64,000 bases of DNA, taken from NCBI GenBank assembly GCA_021777565.1, contig JAJYDJ010000003.1, forward strand, positions 65,001-129,000. Reading direction: 5' to 3'. The translations under genes were made by a program, and so were the position numbers. Below the pieces are notes generated by a model. The model did no database searches. It worked only from the letters and a program-made list of their open reading frames with translations, and had not been told where the DNA came from. The stretch comes from a bacterium. Its GTDB lineage: Bacteria; Patescibacteriota; Microgenomatia; Levybacterales; UBA12049. How positions within the stretch are numbered: position 1 is the first letter of the stretch; each line of letters starts with the position of its first letter. Below are positions 60,740 to 64,000 of the stretch, piece after piece.

Positions 60740-60745
60740 ACTCTG

Positions 60746-60786
60746 ATAATATCCTGTCTTGACGTTTCTGACAAGCACGATATAAT
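60746..60786. promoter_or_regulatory. Overlapping divergent sigma70-type promoters
   Basis: Plus strand TTGACG(60759-64)-16 bp-TATAAT(60781-86); minus strand TTGTCA(60774-69)-17 bp-TATTAT(60751-46). Confidence 0.65.
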
Positions 60787-60796
60787 ACAAGTACCT

Positions 60797-60844
60797 ATGA
60801 CATACGTTTTCTCTGCAAAAAAGTCAAACAAGAAGAACCTCTAA
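60797..60844 (+). CDS. Putative Lys-rich leader peptide MTYVFSAKKSNKKNL of lysS
   Basis: Translated by hand; AAA AAG TCA AAC AAG AAG; overlaps attenuator segment 1. Confidence 0.75.
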   Translation: MTYVFSAKKSNKKNL

Positions 60845-60874
60845 CGAGGGCTTGTTTGCATGAATAAAAACAAC

Positions 60875-60897
60875 GCCCTCCCCAGGAGGGTTTTTTT
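60875..60897 (+). terminator. Attenuator terminator upstream of lysS
   Basis: GCCCTCC-CCA-GGAGGGT followed by a T run. Confidence 0.8.
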
Positions 60898-60926
60898 GTA
60901 GGGTAGAAAAGACGTATAATAGATAT

Positions 60927-62447
60927 ATGAAATACTGGTCAGACACATTAGCTGAAAAATTAAAAGAGAGGCACTTACCTCTGGAGGGTGTCGATGATAT
61001 GAAAACACCATCTGGTCGTGTGCACATGGGGGCGCTTCGAGGGCTGGTTATCCACGATCTCGTATATAAATCACTCCAACAAGCAGACGTACCTACGCGA
61101 TATACCTATGTATATGACGACCATGATCCTATGGATGGATTCCCAGTTTACCTTCCAGAAGAGTTTAAACAATACATGGGTATGCCACTCTACCAAATTC
61201 CTTCTCCTGGTCCAGGAGCAGAAAATTTTGCCCAATATTTTGCCAACGAATTTACAGAAGTTTTTAACAAGATCGGATGTCATCCAGAAATTATTTGGGC
61301 ATCCAAACTCTATGAAGACGGCAAAATGAATGATCTGATCCGTGTCGCTCTCGACCATGCTGATGATATACGCGAAATCTATGAAAAAATGTATAAAAAA
61401 GAGATTGCTAAACCATGGTATCCATACCAGCCGTATTGTCCACAATGTAAAAAAGTTGCGACAACTACAGTTACTGATTGGGATGGCGAACAAATTACAT
61501 TTACCTGTGAAGTGAATAAAGTAAACTGGACACAAGGGTGTGGATACACAGGGAAAATGTCGCCGTTTAGTCATGGTACCGTCGTTGGAAAATTACCATG
61601 GAAAATTGAATGGCCGGCAGTCTGGAAAGTTATTGGAGTAACTGTTGAGGGAGCGGGGAAAGACCATATGTCAGCTGGTGGTTCACACGACGTCGCCAAA
61701 CAAATTTCTGAGAAAGTCTTCCACTACGAAACACCATACCCTATTGCTTATGAGTGGTTTAATATTGGGGGCAAAAAAATGTCCAGTTCTAAAGGAGTTG
61801 GGACATCAGCTGCCGAAATGTTAGAGCTCCTCCCACCAGAATTGGTACGTTTCTTGATGGTACGAACTGACTACAATAAAGCAATTAATTTTGATCCATT
61901 TGGGGATACAATTCCAGCACTTTTTGATGAATATCAACGAGCTGCTCAGGCATATACTGACAAAAGCGATGAACTTCTTGCCCGTATGTTTGAGTTGTCA
62001 CAAATTAATGGCGTACATATGCCACCAAAACTCAGATTCTCAGTCATCGCTCAGCTGGTACAAATGCCAAATATGAAAGACTACATTGCATCAGAGGGTC
62101 TGGAATCTTGGGCGCACTATGCACGCAATTGGGTTGAAAAATATGCGCCAGAAGATGAAAAATTTAGTATCCAAGAAAGTCTGCCAGAAGCAGCAAAAAA
62201 TCTCACAACAACACAAAAAGAATTGCTTGCACGTATTGCAAAAGAACTGGATACAGACTGGGAAGCAGAAAAATTACAATTTGAAATCTATGAATGGGGC
62301 AAAGCGATGGGGATGTCAGGGAAAGAAGTATTTAGTGCAATCTATACAGCACTTATCGGCAAAGATCACGGGCCGAAAGCAGCATGGCTTATTCTTTCAC
62401 TTGAAAAAAACTTTGTACAAAAAAGATTTGAAGAAGCCGCGAAATAA
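60927..62447 (+). CDS. lysS: Lysine--tRNA ligase, class I
   Basis: TPSGRVHMG (HIGH-like), GKLPWKIEWP, GKDH, KMSSSKG, GPK. Confidence 0.95.
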   Translation: MKYWSDTLAEKLKERHLPLEGVDDMKTPSGRVHMGALRGLVIHDLVYKSLQQADVPTRYTYVYDDHDPMDGFPVYLPEEFKQYMGMPLYQIPSPGPGAENFAQYFANEFTEVFNKIGCHPEIIWASKLYEDGKMNDLIRVALDHADDIREIYEKMYKKEIAKPWYPYQPYCPQCKKVATTTVTDWDGEQITFTCEVNKVNWTQGCGYTGKMSPFSHGTVVGKLPWKIEWPAVWKVIGVTVEGAGKDHMSAGGSHDVAKQISEKVFHYETPYPIAYEWFNIGGKKMSSSKGVGTSAAEMLELLPPELVRFLMVRTDYNKAINFDPFGDTIPALFDEYQRAAQAYTDKSDELLARMFELSQINGVHMPPKLRFSVIAQLVQMPNMKDYIASEGLESWAHYARNWVEKYAPEDEKFSIQESLPEAAKNLTTTQKELLARIAKELDTDWEAEKLQFEIYEWGKAMGMSGKEVFSAIYTALIGKDHGPKAAWLILSLEKNFVQKRFEEAAK

Positions 62448-62450
62448 GAT

Positions 62451-63599
62451 TTATCTATTTATTGATATCCCGCGCTGTTGCAGAAACTCCTCATGAGCTG
62501 TAACAAAATCTTTTCCATAAAGCATTGCTGCAGTCATGTGGACTCTCCAAGCATCGATGTCATCCATCGTCTGCAGTACTTCCAATGTTGTTCTGTATAC
62601 TTCCTGTGATATAGCAATATGTCTTCCTACCACATCTGATCCCCTGTAATTATCTGAGGCAAGGAGATGATAATAGACATCTCCTATAAGTCCTTGCCAC
62701 AATTCTAAATCAGTAAGGGTGTCTTCTCGAGGCCGCATAGTAAATCTATCATGAAAGGAAAATGGAAATTCTCGACCTCCCACCAGATCTCTATCTCTTT
62801 CTACCGAGACGCTATATCCCTCTGCTGCGAGCATGTCACCAATAGGTTCATGTGCCATCCCGCGACGAACCACAACGGCATAAATATTTGGATTCTCTCC
62901 AACAAGAGTGGTAAGACGTCGTACTAAGAGAGTATCTCTATCGAACACATTCTCGCGTGCCAGATCAAGACTACTGCGATACAGCCCGAAAGCTTCATCA
63001 AAATTTCCTGTAGCGAGATTTTGATATGACATTTTTTCTTGCCAACCAAAAAGATTTGAGACAGTTCTCTTTTCTCTTCTTCCAGCTACAAACGGATCCT
63101 CTTCCTCAACTTCCCCCCTATTACTTGCGATAATTTCATCAGTATTCCCTTCAACAACTAAAAGCAATCTCCCACCATGCATTTCGTATAAATTCGTAAG
63201 AATTGCTATTGCCTGTGCTATTTCTGGATTTGTATGCACTGTATAGGCTCGTAGAGCGTTTCTATAATTAAGCGTATTTCCTCTTGCATCCTCTGGTGTC
63301 ACATGTTGTGTTGCACAAACGAATGCCTGCAGTGGTGTAAGTGGAGTTTCCCTGTGTAGTCCTTGTGCGCTCAAACGGGTTACCTCATCGGCGACTTCTT
63401 GTGTCATGTCTGCCATCTCTAGAACAGCAGCAACAGCCATAGGAGCTCCCTCTGGCGTACGCATATCCTCGCTTTCTCTCAAGCGTCGTGCTACTTGATC
63501 TCTCAGCTGAGTGATCCCCTCAGAATGATACGTTGGACCAAGGTCATGCACCATCGAGGAAATATCAAAGAATGGCCCTTGTTGTTCAGAATTCGACAT
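62451..63599 (-). CDS. Hypothetical protein, possible TraB/Tiki/ChaN-like fold
   Basis: LLVVEG...RD...VVVRRGMAH (GxxH). Confidence 0.5.
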   Translation of the reverse strand: MSNSEQQGPFFDISSMVHDLGPTYHSEGITQLRDQVARRLRESEDMRTPEGAPMAVAAVLEMADMTQEVADEVTRLSAQGLHRETPLTPLQAFVCATQHVTPEDARGNTLNYRNALRAYTVHTNPEIAQAIAILTNLYEMHGGRLLLVVEGNTDEIIASNRGEVEEEDPFVAGRREKRTVSNLFGWQEKMSYQNLATGNFDEAFGLYRSSLDLARENVFDRDTLLVRRLTTLVGENPNIYAVVVRRGMAHEPIGDMLAAEGYSVSVERDRDLVGGREFPFSFHDRFTMRPREDTLTDLELWQGLIGDVYYHLLASDNYRGSDVVGRHIAISQEVYRTTLEVLQTMDDIDAWRVHMTAAMLYGKDFVTAHEEFLQQRGISINR

Positions 63600-63658
63600 C
63601 GTGGAGAGATTATATTATAGGTTAAGAAAAAATTCAAGTAGAAGCTTGCCTTATAGCA

Positions 63659-64000
63659 TTATCTCTGTTGGTACTGTTTCTTGTAGAATTTCTGATACTC
63701 GCCTGATTTTATGTCTTTCCACCACTGTTCGTGCTCTTGATACCACTTCACCATACGCTCAAGGTAAGTATCAAAATCATATTGTGGTGCCCAACCAAGT
63801 TCGTTGTGAATTTTTGACCAGTCGACTGCATAACGCACATCATGGCCTGGTCGATCTTTCACGTATTCTATACTTGTCTCATCTTTACCCAGAAGTGCAA
63901 TAATCTTTTTTATGGCAACAATATTTGGGATATCCTCTGTCAAACCCCCTATACAATAGGTGTCGCCTATCTTCCCTTTTTGTAAAATGAGATCAATTGC
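63659..64000 (-). CDS. rfbB: dTDP-glucose 4,6-dehydratase, C-terminal part (runs off the window)
   Basis: GDTYCIGG, YVKDRPGHDVRYAVD.SKI..ELGW.P. Confidence 0.9.
   Translation of the reverse strand, partial: AIDLILQKGKIGDTYCIGGLTEDIPNIVAIKKIIALLGKDETSIEYVKDRPGHDVRYAVDWSKIHNELGWAPQYDFDTYLERMVKWYQEHEQWWKDIKSGEYQKFYKKQYQQR

Noticed and set aside
870-63903. Many short antisense or overlapping ORFs in the ORF track (e.g. 7613-7837, 38009-38239, 41585-42172, 60824-61027, 63601-63903)
   Set aside because: They shadow well-supported genes or regulatory regions and have no motifs.
1-64000. CRISPR array, rRNA, IS transposase, prophage structural genes, or UGA recoding (code 25)
   Set aside because: No repeat-spacer periodicity or matching motifs were seen by eye; many intact genes end in TGA.

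Overview
Bacterial chromosome fragment using genetic code 11. Gene content and style (split transketolase, DUF3048/DUF4446, HTH-nucleotidyltransferase next to secDF, class I LysRS, many -10 boxes just before start codons) suggest a Patescibacteria/CPR genome, probably Microgenomates; this is inference. About 0.4-26.6 kb is an integrative conjugative-type element next to tRNA-Glu(CTC). It carries a large serine recombinase whose stop codon lies inside the tRNA 3' end, an XRE regulator, a VirD4-like coupling protein, a Replic_Relax protein, a minimal VirB2/B6/B3/B4/M23 module and a CglI/NgoAVII-like restriction-modification trio. Between the two transfer modules is a ~9.6 kb, 11-gene cassette: an atypical thymidylate synthase, an NDT-fold/RHH regulator, a Gfo dehydrogenase, a DegT aminotransferase, NUDIX, two GT2 enzymes, a dNMP-kinase-like protein, HAD, a NodB deacetylase and an HD hydrolase. 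It looks like an uncharacterised aminosugar/modified-pyrimidine nucleos(t)ide pathway and is the top candidate for a novel system. The rest (27-64 kb) is core genome: DEAD-box helicase, IMPDH/GMPR, glycerate kinase, tkt, secDF, lon, greA, acs-aclBA, lysS and a partial rfbB. A second highlight is at 60.6-60.9 kb, where overlapping divergent promoters each drive a tiny leader peptide. One is Lys-rich with a full 1:2/2:3/3:4 attenuator ahead of lysS; the other is Cys-rich. No CRISPR array or rRNA was seen, and the right att site could not be located.
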